NCBI GenBank assembly: GCA_001949185.1
Contig: BDGG01000003.1
Span: 5,338,079-5,402,078 of the forward strand
DNA from: Ramazzottius varieornatus
Lineage: Eukaryota; Animalia; Tardigrada
Reading direction: 5' to 3'
Length of the DNA stretch: 64,000 nt
The notes beneath the pieces were generated by a model, which saw only the letters and a list, made by a program, of their open reading frames with translations, was not told the origin of the DNA and made no database searches. The translations under genes were made by a program, and so were the position numbers. Positions 25,601 to 37,173 of this stretch are shown here, piece after piece (within the stretch, counting starts at the first letter, position 1; each line of letters starts with the position of its first letter).

Positions 25601-26285
25601 TCAGCTCGTACTGTTTTGTATGCCAGAATCATTATGTTTGCCTAATACCAAAGCAATAAAAGTTGACACAAACGAGTAAAATACTCGGTTAATTGAAGTT
25701 ACCAAACCACGTTACCAACCCCGTTGCTTTTCCCACTGTAGCTAAGGCCTACTCCGCCCCTTTTGTGACGTGTACATTTTGCTTTCCGGACCTGCCCTTG
25801 TTTTCGAAAAAAAAGTGTAATCGGGTTTACGGTTAGCTAGCATTGGGAAGCACGGTGGCTACCCAACTATTCAAAGTTGGGATCCGCTTATGAGTGAGGC
25901 TCATTTTAGCCACAATCGGACTTTCATCCGGCGGTGGCAACCTAATCTCTGTAATGTTGGGCCAGTAGCAGCTGAATGAGCTACGTGGCAGTCACTCCAA
26001 AGCACGAGTACATCAGAGCAAGGCAGTGCTGATCTGCATTTACCGGCCTTGCACGATGAGCGAAGCAATGAAACACTGAATTAGTTGGCGGCATCGCCAA
26101 GTTTCCCTCAGTTAAAGCAGGTGTCCTGCTTACCTCTCCTCCACTCGTGAAACGTTTTTTGAGGTGTCAAATGGTGTCATGTCAGATAATCGAAGCAATC
26201 AAGTATGCCCTAGCGAGCGGACTGTACGTTTTTTCGAAGTATAAGCGGATGCATCTTCAGAGCCTCCAATAAAATGGCACACGGT

Positions 26286-26758
26286 CAGGGATGAGCAGTT
26301 TTGGAACGGCGTAGCGTTTTTGGACCAGTTTTCCGCTTCGCTACGCCAGACAGCGAAATTATAGCGGAACTGGGCACAGTCAGAGTTCTGAGTTCTGAGT
26401 TCTCAGAGTGCCATTTTTATCCAGAGCGAAGCGAAGATGAGCTATAGCGAAAAAAGCGGGATTTGAGGAAAAACTGGGCCCTCTTTCAATATTCATCACG
26501 TAAAATTCGAGTTCAGCAGACTTTTTAGACATGTTTGATCTTGTTTCGAGCTCAAAATCAATAAGTCGTTAGTGTGCTAATCAGTTTCGGTTATTAAAAA
26601 ACAGCCGAAAATCGGTGCTTTTTCTTGCACAAGGGAATTTTCTTTAGCGGTGGCAAAGCGGATAGCGGGCTCGTATCTTATAGCGGGTCATAGCGAACCA
26701 GTATCATCGAAGCTGTAGCGAAGCGGATTGAACCAAACCCCATAACTGCTCATCCCTG
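26286..26758. mobile_element. hAT-type MITE
   Basis: Perfect 15-bp TIR CAGGGATGAGCAGTT...AACTGCTCATCCCTG. Internal (T)AGCGRA subrepeats. Left flank CACACGGT recurs 7 nt beyond the right end. Confidence 0.8.
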
Positions 26759-26954
26759 CAGTGTGCACACGGTATGTAAAATACCTAGAACTGAAAACGA
26801 AGTGCGCCATGGTAGAACTATATCTTACACAGCAGCAACAACTGGTGGCGTTTGGTTCTAACAGATCATTGCTGATCTAAGGATTGTATAACAGATTGAG
26901 CAGAATTTATATGTCGAAGTTTCTTGTTGTGGGACCGACGTGGAGCCCGTCGGG

Positions 26955-28316
26955 TAGTGATGTTGGCATATATGAATATTACATTAAATTAGAACTTGTC
27001 AGATGCTTTTACATCTGATATATTATATTAGCATTTATCAGATGTCTCGACCAAGGCAGGATATTTTGCGAGCTCCGCCCGAAAGGCTGGCCTTCCAGCG
27101 GAGCTTTAGAATGAATCGTAGACCACTTGAGTCATCGTAGAAAGCTGTTCAGGCATTCTATGAAGCCCTTATATTGGGGCAAACTATGGCAAGCCTGAGC
27201 TTATGGCGGAAGATCAAAGAGACATTTCTTGGCACCGAAAGTGGTCTCTACTATTAGTCATCTGTTGTACGCACAGGCATAGTGCATTATTATACCCCGT
27301 TGATCGTGCAGTGCCGTCAAGTGGTACAATCAATAGGGTTATTAATTCCGTATTAGTCAATACGCCAACATCTTCGAATGATTAGTACAGAATTAATTGA
27401 TCCAATCCGAAATCACGACTCATGACTCATCAGAAACTTGGAAAAATTCGTCAAAAAAATTAGAAAATCAGAAAGCATCGGGGAATCATCCTGAGTAAAG
27501 GATTGTGCTCTGTGCTGTCTGGAGCTCGAGCTTCCTCTGATGAGTTTGCGATTCAGAGTCCCTTGGTTATATTAGTACTAAATTAGATGGAAGCTAAAGC
27601 CGAATATATTATATTAAAATCAACTCGCAGGGCGCTCTACATTAAAACTATTAATATGCGATTTCGGCTTTGGTTGATTAGAATAACGCTTGATTTGCGC
27701 CAAGCGAAAGCGTGGGACTCTGCACAGTGCTCTGTTGGGTTGGATCATAATGCACCACGCACCTGCACATCAACGTATATTGACCAGCGTTCAGGCAGAT
27801 ACATTGATTGGCAACTTCGTTTGATTGGATAGTACAGGTTCATGGGTCCGGCGATCTACCTGCATACTCGCAATACTCATTGCTGAATGCGAGGCTGTCT
27901 GCTTTTCCGGGTTCTGTTTTGCGCTCTCGAACGCTCTGTGTGTCTTTTCTCTAGAAATCACAGGGTAGTATGAGGATACCAGCATGGCCGTGATACCAGC
28001 AGAGTGTACGAGTTAACCATGGAAATCATGGAAAGCTGGGAAATCCCCCTTTGAAAGTGTTTCGACTGACAACGGCTGTTTCGACTGACAACGGGTCGAA
28101 CATGGTTCCCTTGCTCTGTTCGCACACGGATCAGAAATACTATGATATATTATCATAAGCACCCGACGAAACAAGTTGATATATTAACATCAGATTATAT
28201 TAACATCGCTCCGACGTCGCGGCATATTATATTAAGATTATATTCGAACTCTGGCAGGTCGGCTTTATTGTATCTAAATTATATTAGGTCGAGATACCCT
28301 TACGCCAACATCACTA
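26955..28316. mobile_element. Non-autonomous hAT element with perfect 8-bp TSD
   Basis: TIR TAGTGATGTTGGC...GCCAACATCACTA. TSD CCGTCGGG at 26947-26954 and 28317-28324. Internal ATATTATATTA subrepeats. Confidence 0.9.
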
Positions 28317-29344
28317 CCGTCGGGGGTGTCGTCAATTTGTAAAGCGGTCTGAAGGTACGTGTCCCAGTAAATGATTTTGCTCCAGGGATCCATTGAGAAA
28401 ATTTCACGCATGGCATTGTTGTAAAAGATCATATTTTTGTTCGTCAGTTCTCTGCAAAGAAAGTAACTCTGGTGAACATACATGTACGAAACATCGCTGG
28501 ATTCAATACATGGGCTTTTCAGAAAAACAAAGGCAAATACGTTCACATGTATAATTGTGCTTCTTTTGACGTGGTACAGTCTAGGTGTAGAACCGTAAAA
28601 GAATTCCATAAATGTCGATATCGGTATGTCGTTTTCACCTGTGCGATAGTTCCAGATGCACAAGACGAGGTCCATCCACCAGATTCTGAAGTATCCAACA
28701 GCATTACTGTTTGCGAAACGTCTGAGAATCTCCATTGGCTCGGCAAAATTACTGTAAAATTTATTGTCATCCAAAGGTCCATCAAGCTTGCTTACCAACA
28801 GGTGGTCCATGCACAATGGCATGCTCATGTCGTGTACGGAGCTCTTGATGCCTTCACCTTTTGAGATTTTTGACGCAGTCAACTTGGGTGATATTCTAGT
28901 AAATACAACTCTTCATAATCCATACTCCAGCCCCTATGACAATCTGATCCGGTTCCGAGGAACTACTTTCCAGTTTCCGTAATGCTTCGCCAAATGATCC
29001 ACCATGTTCATCCATCTCGACTGCGCGAAAAAACTCGATCCGCAAGTTGGCACTAGGGATTGTTCTAACTGTACTTTCGTGTTTCTTGTACAAGTGCTGA
29101 TCGAACCGGTATAGCTGGGTCGACATAGAAATCGTGCTCTACCCCTCAGACGTGAAAAATCAATCCATCGCGTAGCTGTCGGATACGCGAGTCTCCCATA
29201 AGAACGACGTAGTTATCCTTCTGCGGGTGTACTGATCGCCTCAATAAACTATCAGCCGACTCACTGCAAAACTGCCACGGATTACTTTAAGAACTACGTA
29301 ACCCGATAATTATACCGTGGAACTGCACATAAATAGCTTCCTCA

Positions 29345-31024
29345 TCGCTCGTCACCAACCGACTCCTGAAGATTGCCGGTACTACCATCTTCTATCCCTT
29401 GTCGCGCCTCTTCAACCTCATCCTGTCTACAGGAAAGTACCCCGCTGCCTGGAAGACCGCCGACGTCGTACCTGTGCCAAAGAAAGGCGGATCAACATTC
29501 CGACCAATCTCGCTCCTCCCTCCCCTGTCAAAGCTGTTTGAAAAAGTTTTGAGTGATCATATAAACTCTTTCCTTGACAGGAACAAGCTGCTGTCCGACA
29601 CCCAGTACGGATTTAGGAGGCGCAGGTCGACGGAGATGCAATTATTGCAGATGAGCCATCAGTGGTCGCAAGCGTTGTTGGAACGACAGGAGGTGGACGC
29701 TATCTTCCTTGACTGTACGAAAGCCTTCGACCGTCTTCCCCACAGCGTCATAGTCGAGAGTCTGGCAAAGCATGGAGTAAACGGTCCACTGAGGTTCCTT
29801 CTGAGTGATTACCTACAAGAAAGGCGGCAGAGAGTTGTGATAGATGGTTTCTTCTCGGAAGAGATAGCGGTAACTTCAGGTGTCCCTCAGGGATCAATCC
29901 TTGGTCCACTCTTCTTCACTATCGCCGTCAATCATCTGTCAAGCAAAGTGAAGTCTCCCGTCTTTCAGTATGCCGACGACATCGTATTGTACCGCATCAT
30001 TCGAAAGAACGATAACTGCGCAGCTCTCCAGCAAGATGTGAACGGTATTACGGAGTGGTGCATCGAGACCGGCCTTGAAGTTAACCCCAGCAAGTTGCAG
30101 CATCTTCGGATCTCCAACAAGCGAACCAGCAACGCAAAGGTAGACGGTGGAAATTACAATTTATCTTCTGTAATTATTCCGTCTGTTACAGAAGCAGAAT
30201 GCCTCGGAGCCACCTTCTCCAGCAAACTCGACTGGACAGCCCAGGTCGACAAAGTCACGGCAAAGTGCAGGAGAAGGCTCTGCGCAATCAAGGGCTTCTT
30301 TCCTCGACGATTCGGCTCCGTCAAGCAGCTGCTCTTCAACAGCCTGGTTCGTTCGGTTATGGACCATGCTTCCTCCTGCTGGCATTCCACGTCAAAGACA
30401 CTGCAAAGACAGCTGGAGACCATCCAGAAGAAGTTTCTCCAGAGTATCCGGCTTGGTTCGCTCTTGAATGATGGACATGATCGTGATTTCAAGCAGTACC
30501 GCTCACACCTGTCAGAAGTGGACTGGGAGCCTGTCTGGGAGCTGCGCTGCAAAGGCATTTTGCTGAATGCCTTTAAGATATGGGCTGGTGTATTTACAGG
30601 TGGCGACAGCATTCTCAAGAAAGAGTGATGGAAGGACAGCTCGATTACAAGAAGTCAAGCCAAAGAAATGGTCCTGTCGCCGGTCTCTACAGCTCCACTT
30701 TCATCTAGGATGCTATAGTCCACGCTGGGGTCCTTCGCTTACGTGGCTACAGCCTTGACGAAAGATCCTTTGTTGATCCCTAACCTGAGCCAGTTGCTGT
30801 CAGTAGAAGACTTTACATCCTACCTGACAAACATACGTCGTTCTAGATTTAAATGGAGCAAAGAGAATATCGATCCTTTTTTGTTGGTTTAAAACTGGTA
30901 GTATTTTATATGGCTTGAAATCACTTCATCCCTGTCTCTTCCGGCTCTCTTGCCAAATATTTCTCAAATTTGTCATACTTACGCTTTGCCTGACTAGCTC
31001 TCTGACAATAAAGGTATATATATA
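29345..31024 (+). mobile_element. 5'-truncated LINE (CR1/L2/Jockey-group) with reverse transcriptase ORF
   Basis: ORF 29399-30628 with FRPISLL, QYGFR, DCTKAFD, GVPQGSILGP and YADD. 3' AATAAA plus (TA)n tail. 5-bp TSD CCTCA at 29340-29344 and 31025-31029. Confidence 0.93.
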
Positions 31025-31355
31025 CCTCACTCGAAATCCAGACGACCTGAAACCCCTTCTCGACCCAGCACTCGAAGAAAGGCATTGGATGAGCTCACAA
31101 CCGACCAGTTTGCCGCCTTTTTTGGACTTTGTGAACGTTGTCTGCACGTGAGCAAACTCAAAATTATGCTAAGTACGTTTTGTTGTGGAGCACATTCGAA
31201 ACCGGTCTGGCTCAAATAAGGTGTCAGTATCAATACTTGATCCCAACCTACTTTTGGCTTTCACGATGAACTAAGTTACAAGGTGCATGCCATAATCCTT
31301 CATCGCCGTCTTCATCAGGGGCAAAAAAATCACCTGTAAACATTGAATACTTTAA

Positions 31356-32023
31356 AGTGCCAATGATATGGGACAGGTTTGGGTCCTAGTCAGCGTAAAA
31401 CAATCCTCGGTCGCGGTCTTTTCTGACTGAGGCTGGCAACCGGAAACAGCTGATCACTCAGTTACAGTGCTTTCTCGGCCGGGTGTCAGCGAGAGAACAT
31501 GATTTCTATCCAGCTGAATTAAACAAAGTTTCATTTTCTGTTGCGCTTCTCCTTTGTTGCTCTAGACATCTTGATACAACCGTTGTGATGGCTCGGAATC
31601 ATTACTCGGACGCCGAGAAGCGTAGGATCCTCCAGTTATTCAGGAGGTTAATGCTGGATATCCTCCTCTCAGTGAGGGCGATACTGTTGACGATGACGAT
31701 AACGTTCTGGACGTAAGTTTCTGTAAAAACTTCTCCTTTCTTCAGTCTGATGATAGCGAGATTGATGATAGAAATGGTTCTGATAATTCTGACGAGTCTG
31801 ATGAAGAGATGGACGACGAGTAAAGTTTGAATTTATAGAGTATGTGTATGGTACGCTCGAATTAAAATCAAGGTTCGTCGGGCTTTGCTGTCGTTGCTTT
31901 TAGAGAACGGGCTGTATGATGATGAATAAAAGCGAATTACAGCTGAGCCTACTACGTTTGGTCTTTGCCAGGCGGCAGTTTTACACCCACCGGGACCCAA
32001 ACCTGTCCTATATCATTGGCACT
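31356..32023. mobile_element. TTAA-flanked non-autonomous DNA transposon (Kolobok- or piggyBac-like)
   Basis: TTAA|AGTGCCAATGATATGGGACAGGTTTGGGTCC...GGACCCAAACCTGTCCTATATCATTGGCACT|TTAA. Internal remnant of an acidic reading frame. Confidence 0.8.
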
Positions 32024-32364
32024 TTAAGGTAGCAGTGATCCTTAGCTTCAACGCTAGGACTGGCCGATTTATGGAGGAGATGAACGGTAAACGCCGCGAA
32101 GACACTCGCGATGCAGAAGTATCGTAAGTGCAGATGATACATGGTTGCTAACATACGTGTCGTTCAAGAACAACCAAACATCTAACGCAATTAACTGTGG
32201 CATATTTCAGTTCTGTAATTTATATACATTTTACGCCACCATCGGTTTTCACCTCGTACATCGTACACAATGAGGTGACATAATCGGCGCACTACAAAAG
32301 GTATATAAAAAGGCTATATAAGGTATATAAACGAATTACTTTTACCGAATTACGGTACAACGAG

Positions 32365-32553
32365 TCATAATCGATGTTCTTCCAAACCCCCCACAGAAGC
32401 GTCCACGGCAATCCTAAAAGCCGTTAGACAGGATAACTTATGAATGATCAGAAGCTTTTTTACCGCCTCTTCCGTCTGCAATTCTAAGGGCGTCGCGAAA
32501 GTATGAAACGTCACGGCATCAGCCGAAGTGCGGGCAGAACCTTCCAAGCATTC
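32365..32553 (-). CDS. Putative terminal exon of Nup93
   Basis: Acceptor CCCATAG is phase-compatible with the 43158 donor. ARTSADAVTFHTFATPLEL...KKLL aligns loosely, by eye, with the Nup93 C-terminal helix (ARTLITFAGMIPY type). Confidence 0.4.
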   Translation of the reverse strand, partial: ECLEGSARTSADAVTFHTFATPLELQTEEAVKKLLIIHKLSCLTAFRIAVDASVGGLEEHRL

Positions 32554-32844
32554 CTATGGGTACCGCTCGGTATCACCAGTCAACTTCACGCGCCCTTTAC
32601 GGTACTTATTCCGCTGTCAAGACGGCTGACATGCGGAGATATCAGAAAGCGTGGCGCTAGATATCAGGAAGGAGTATTTTGGAAAATCGATTGTATAGCT
32701 TCAGCCTTGAGCAAATGAAGACCAACGGCACGTGTGCATGACAAAACTTCCGTTTTGAACAGTTAGAACAACTAGAGCCTAGAAAATGTTCATCACTTTG
32801 CCAAACCACTCTAAAGACCGGCGCGCTGCACAATTTCTTCTCCG

Positions 32845-33066
32845 AACATCAGGAAAACAAACTCCTTCCTCGCCTGAGATGGATTGTTGGTGAGTAAGAA
32901 GCTGCTTTCCGGAGGCGACATGGCAGAAAACTCGAGAGTGGTGCCAGCAAAGACGCGTCGACCGGCTGACTTGTCTTTCTCGCTCAAATACCAACCAGCC
33001 AACGCACGCATCGTCGCCAACAAACACTCCGGAATGCAGCGCCGAGTCTCCGTCACTAGATACTCT
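32845..33066 (-). repeat. Near-identical direct duplicate of the Nup93 penultimate exon (43125-43347)
   Basis: Encodes LVTETRRCIPECLLATMRALAGWY...NNPSQ. It lacks the first codons and in-phase acceptor of the 43 kb copy, and the donor reads GC instead of GT. Confidence 0.9.
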
Positions 33067-33489
33067 AGAACAAGGAAACTTACTTAGTTATGCGTAGCAA
33101 GATTCTAAAACAACTCTTGCTCCGCGTTTTTTTCGTTTCTTGGAGAATTAATTTCTCTTCAGACTACAACTAACGGCCACTGGACAGTGGCTTGGGTGCA
33201 TGGGGCGCCGTTGGCGTTCAGACTTATGACGTGTCTCTTCCTAAGAATGGTAACCATTATTGCACAATCCAGCCGGCATGAGTAATAGTTACAAATCAGA
33301 AGTCAGATGATCACGCCTTTGGCTATGGACATATCCGAATACAATTGATATTTGTAATTTGTGGTCTACGCTTTGATTTTTGTGCCCTGCAAAAGTCCCT
33401 TCTAATTAATCTTTCAGTTTAATTGAGAAGAATTATTCCTGCAGTTCCGCCTGACGGTCCATCCTGTGAAACGTGCTGGATAATCCCGT

Positions 33490-34647
33490 ATGTCATCAAG
33501 GAACATGGCAGCAAGAAAGTATGGAGAGTTCGTGCTAAATATTTTGCTTGCCGTGGTCGCTATTTGCCAAAGCATCTCCACACTTACCTCCGAACGGAAG
33601 GTTCCCAGTTCTGTGAAAGGTAACATAACAGTCTGCACCTACGTGAGGGACGGCATGCCTCATGTCCTTGAGTGGATTGAGTTCCATCGACTGCAAGGTG
33701 TTGACAAGTTCCTCCTTTACGACGATGGCAGTGTCGACACGACAGCCTCACTTGGATGGCTTTACAGGAACCACGAACGACATCTGCAAACAATGGTCGA
33801 AGTGTATCCCTCAAACCAGGACCGCTGGAACATGCTGCCAGACGATGAGCGGTCATATCATAACGACAATCAGCTCCTGGCACTCAATCACTGCAACAAA
33901 CGCAGTGCAAACCGGACTAGGTGGTTACTGAATATCGACGTGGATGAATTTGTTTATTCGCCTCAGCCAAACTCAACCCTTTGGGACTTTCTGCAGGGCC
34001 ACTCAAATCTAACAACACGCCAGCCGACTTATCCCTCAAATGAAACTGTTGCACAGTTTTATTTTCAAGTGGTGCGCTTTGGAAGCAACGGCAGACAGAG
34101 GGATGTTCGTGGAGAAATTGACTTGAATCCTCACATTGCACAGCATTTTCTGCACTCAGTAGATTATGTCAGCAGAGCCGAACAGAGTTTACACATGAAT
34201 CTCAACCCAAAGAGGGCGCCACACCAGGATTTGGACAATGACTACAAGGCGCTTTTTCGCAGAGTGTGTGAATCAGTTATCAATGCCTCCTACGACGAAG
34301 ACTGCTCTCATGCAAATGGGAAAGCCATCTGGATTCCCGACAGGTGTGCGAAAGCCGGCGTGCATTGGTGCGAAGTGCTCGAAGGCTCCAGCAGAGATGT
34401 TCCACTGGAGCAGATGCGCATTGATCATTACCCATTCCAGACCAAAGAGCACGTCGAAAAGTTGATTCCTAGTATCAAAAGTATTAAAGGTCGCGTATAT
34501 AAAACGTTTGATGCCATTTGGTTTTCCCTTGTGCCCGACAACACCAGCGCGTTTCTCTTACAACGCTTGGTGGATAGGCTGCTTAATATCCCGGGCTATA
34601 TCGGATCTGAGCAAAACTGTTCAATTCTTGTCCCTGCTGATCCATAA
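33490..34647 (+). CDS. Intronless GT92/DUF23-like (GT-A fold) glycosyltransferase
   Basis: 385-aa ORF with signal anchor. Motifs EWIEFHRLQGVDKFLLYDDGSVD, QLLALNHC, WLLNIDVDEF and RIDHY. Confidence 0.85.
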   Translation: MSSRNMAARKYGEFVLNILLAVVAICQSISTLTSERKVPSSVKGNITVCTYVRDGMPHVLEWIEFHRLQGVDKFLLYDDGSVDTTASLGWLYRNHERHLQTMVEVYPSNQDRWNMLPDDERSYHNDNQLLALNHCNKRSANRTRWLLNIDVDEFVYSPQPNSTLWDFLQGHSNLTTRQPTYPSNETVAQFYFQVVRFGSNGRQRDVRGEIDLNPHIAQHFLHSVDYVSRAEQSLHMNLNPKRAPHQDLDNDYKALFRRVCESVINASYDEDCSHANGKAIWIPDRCAKAGVHWCEVLEGSSRDVPLEQMRIDHYPFQTKEHVEKLIPSIKSIKGRVYKTFDAIWFSLVPDNTSAFLLQRLVDRLLNIPGYIGSEQNCSILVPADP

Positions 34648-34923
34648 ATGTTCTCCTGGACCTAGGAGCCCCATCTCTCAATTTAGTCTTCTCGCAGGCA
34701 GTAATAACAGTGTGGCACACTATTGCTTTGCGAATCACCCCACTGCAGGACAATGTCCGCATATGCGCAGAGCCAAAGATAAGGGGGATGGGTTGCAATG
34801 TTAGCTGGTCCATATCGTGTTCATCACGTTAGCCACTGATGTGTGTTGCATCGCTATATTGATTTACCTGATTGTCAGTTCAGGCCTTACCTGCAAAGTC
34901 GACGGTTTGCCGAATTGATGAAA

Positions 34924-35072
34924 TACTGTAAATATTCGCTGCGTCCACGCAGTACGTACATATACGTGACGATACACCCTCATAGGGGGTTGCGCAATCC
35001 GTGAAACTGGACCGGGGCTGTACTTCACTTGTACGATGACGTACTGCGCGGACGCAGCAAATATTTACAGTA
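34924..35072. mobile_element. TA-flanked MITE
   Basis: TACTGTAAATATTCGCTGCGTCCACGCAGTACGT vs ACGTACTGCGCGGACGCAGCAAATATTTACAGTA. Confidence 0.75.
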
Positions 35073-36268
35073 CTTGGCTCTCCTTAAACCATAAGGTGCG
35101 AGCAACAAGTGCGACTAACACCGTTCAATAGCTCGTTGTTCCGCTAGGGCCTCACTGAAAACTTTTGGGCATAAGACGGAAAACACGTTGGAAATTTGAC
35201 GACTAACTTACTACTGCGATATGGGCTGGCTAATTCAACAGCCAGTTCCTCGTAGCCTGTGTAGTGCTGCTAAACCTCGTTACCAATGTCTGTCTGAGCA
35301 TGGTGAGCCAAAGCGCGAAAAGAGGACATCAGGCCGTGAAAATGGCGTAGCAACGACCCGGGAACTGGAAGTCATCGTGTCGAATGCGATAACGTTGCTC
35401 GTTCGATATACGAGACGGGACAAAACACCCAATCAATCTGCTGCGTCTCGGATCAAAGCTGCGTGAGTGGTAGATCGACTGATCGGGCTGTTTAGTCAAA
35501 TTCACAGCGATCATGCATTTCGTCATGACTAACTATTAATGGTATCAGCCTCGCATTATGCAGCTTGATGGAGTTAATGGAGAACTTGATAATGTGCTGC
35601 TCTAGCAACACCAGCTGTAACAGCACATCAGTGCTCGTAACTTTAGCCGGTTGACGCAACGTTTTGCAAAACTGGGAGAATTAAAGGCCAGTATTTAACC
35701 TGACTGGCCATATTCGTCAATATCTGTGTAGTCGTAGTTTCACACAGACTGGAAGTGTTGAGCCCAAAAGTCTCATCTTACCTACTGGATGAGGCACGAG
35801 ATACGAGATGGTACCGAGTTTCATCAGTTACAGTCGTAAAAGCGATTACTGTATTTGAATCACCAGTTAATGTACAGCGCCGGAAGTGCAACACATTCCA
35901 TTCCATGACTTTTATCGGGATTTTCACTTGGACCTCCGTTGAAACTGAGGTCTTATGATTGGTACTTATTCCCAACTGGAAGGCGGGAAAAAATGCCAAA
36001 TGGAAGATCGGGAAGTGGGCATTTTTACACTGCGGTGTAATGCTTTGGCTGATGCAATCTTGATTGTAAAAAGGTCACTGCGACCAGTCCAAGCAATATG
36101 ATTATCCAGAACGTCGAGCGGTGCTGCGAGAGATAACTAAAAATATAAATTAGGACGCCGACAGGTACAAGGCCTGTACAAGATAGTTTTCAAGGAAGTT
36201 GAGGTAGACGCCGCCGGTGTATTGTTGATAAGTCCTTCTCGAGTGTGGCCATAACTTGCCTGGCTAAC

Positions 36269-37173
36269 TCACGGTAACGGACAAGTGCCGAACTCCACCT
36301 GGAAGGAAAGTGTAGCACAGCGTTAGGTTAGTATCCCACGCTGTATAATGGGCGAACTTGTACAGGCAAAGCACGGAATGACTTACAGTGAAAGTGAAAG
36401 TGTTGCTGGTTACACCGCGGGCATCTATGCAGTACCCTTCATATGTCTGCCGCAGAGTCATTGCTCCATCATCGATCAGATTGACATTAGGGAGATTTTG
36501 AGCACCGATGAAGGCGACACCATTTGGGTCGATCTCAACGAACGGCTGGTCTATGATGGTTTTGGGATCAGTCACTGGTGGATTGTTGTCGAGTTGTGAC
36601 GAGATGACGGTGATCGTCACTGGGGTCTGACCTCCACCTCCGGTGTTGCAGAACAATGGTTTCGTAGAACCAGTCGTCTGAAACCGGCAATTGTACCAAC
36701 GTCCATTACATATTGTGCACCTTCAGTCATTGCGTGCTTGTAGATCAGAATGTCATTGGGAAAAGCAAGCTTACGTTGAGAGTCAGGCAAGGAATGGCAT
36801 CGCTCTGCACGTAATTGCAAGACAGCGTAATAGTGTCCGGAAAACTAGCAACGTTGAAAGTTAATTCGCAGGTTCCGTTGATGACTGACGACACTTCATT
36901 ACACTGGCATGTACCGCTGACGCACTCGGTATTGGTATCTGCAAGGACAGAAAGTAAGAGAGAAATTGCAGGAAATCAGACGGGATGCATACCATGGCAG
37001 GGAATGCCCTCCAGCTTGCAAGGACATCCCAGGCTGGCGTTTCTCTGGGCTGCCGGACAACCCTTGACGGTTGAGGTGGCAAAAGGTCGTACAGCGAATC
37101 CATCTAGAGTGACCATGTAACAGGCGCACAGCAACAGCGCGACGGGTATACAGTGGCTTAAGAGGAACTTCAT
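36269..37173 (-). CDS. Small secreted protein: Cys-rich (EB/EGF-like) module plus a beta-rich domain, 4 exons
   Basis: Signal peptide MKFLLSHCIPVALLLCAC. Spliced LGCPCKLEGIPCH|DTNTECVSGTCQCNEVSSVINGTC. Further in-phase exons ...CLTLN|TTGSTKPLFCNTGG...NTFTFT|VEFGTCPLP*. All introns GT-AG. Confidence 0.65.

Larger units (their letters stand above)
26865..32154 (-). pseudogene. CASD1/PC-esterase-like SGNH (O-acetyltransferase/esterase) domain pseudogene, interrupted by three transposons
   Basis: Reconstructed order: signal-anchor start MLATMYHLHLRYFCIASVFAAFTVHLL (32154), VWIS...CAVPRY (across the LINE), GDSRIRQL (~29170-29200), PDQIVIGAGVW, and TPDG|LHVGP...ILLNL (across the hAT insertion). 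Several stops and frameshifts. Confidence 0.75.

Noticed and set aside
28274-28882. 202-aa ORF as an intact gene
   Set aside because: It is a fragment of the SGNH pseudogene, and its last codons come from the hAT TIR.
32874-33066. Mutually exclusive alternative exon of Nup93
   Set aside because: Its nearest acceptor is out of phase with the upstream donor and the exon start is missing.
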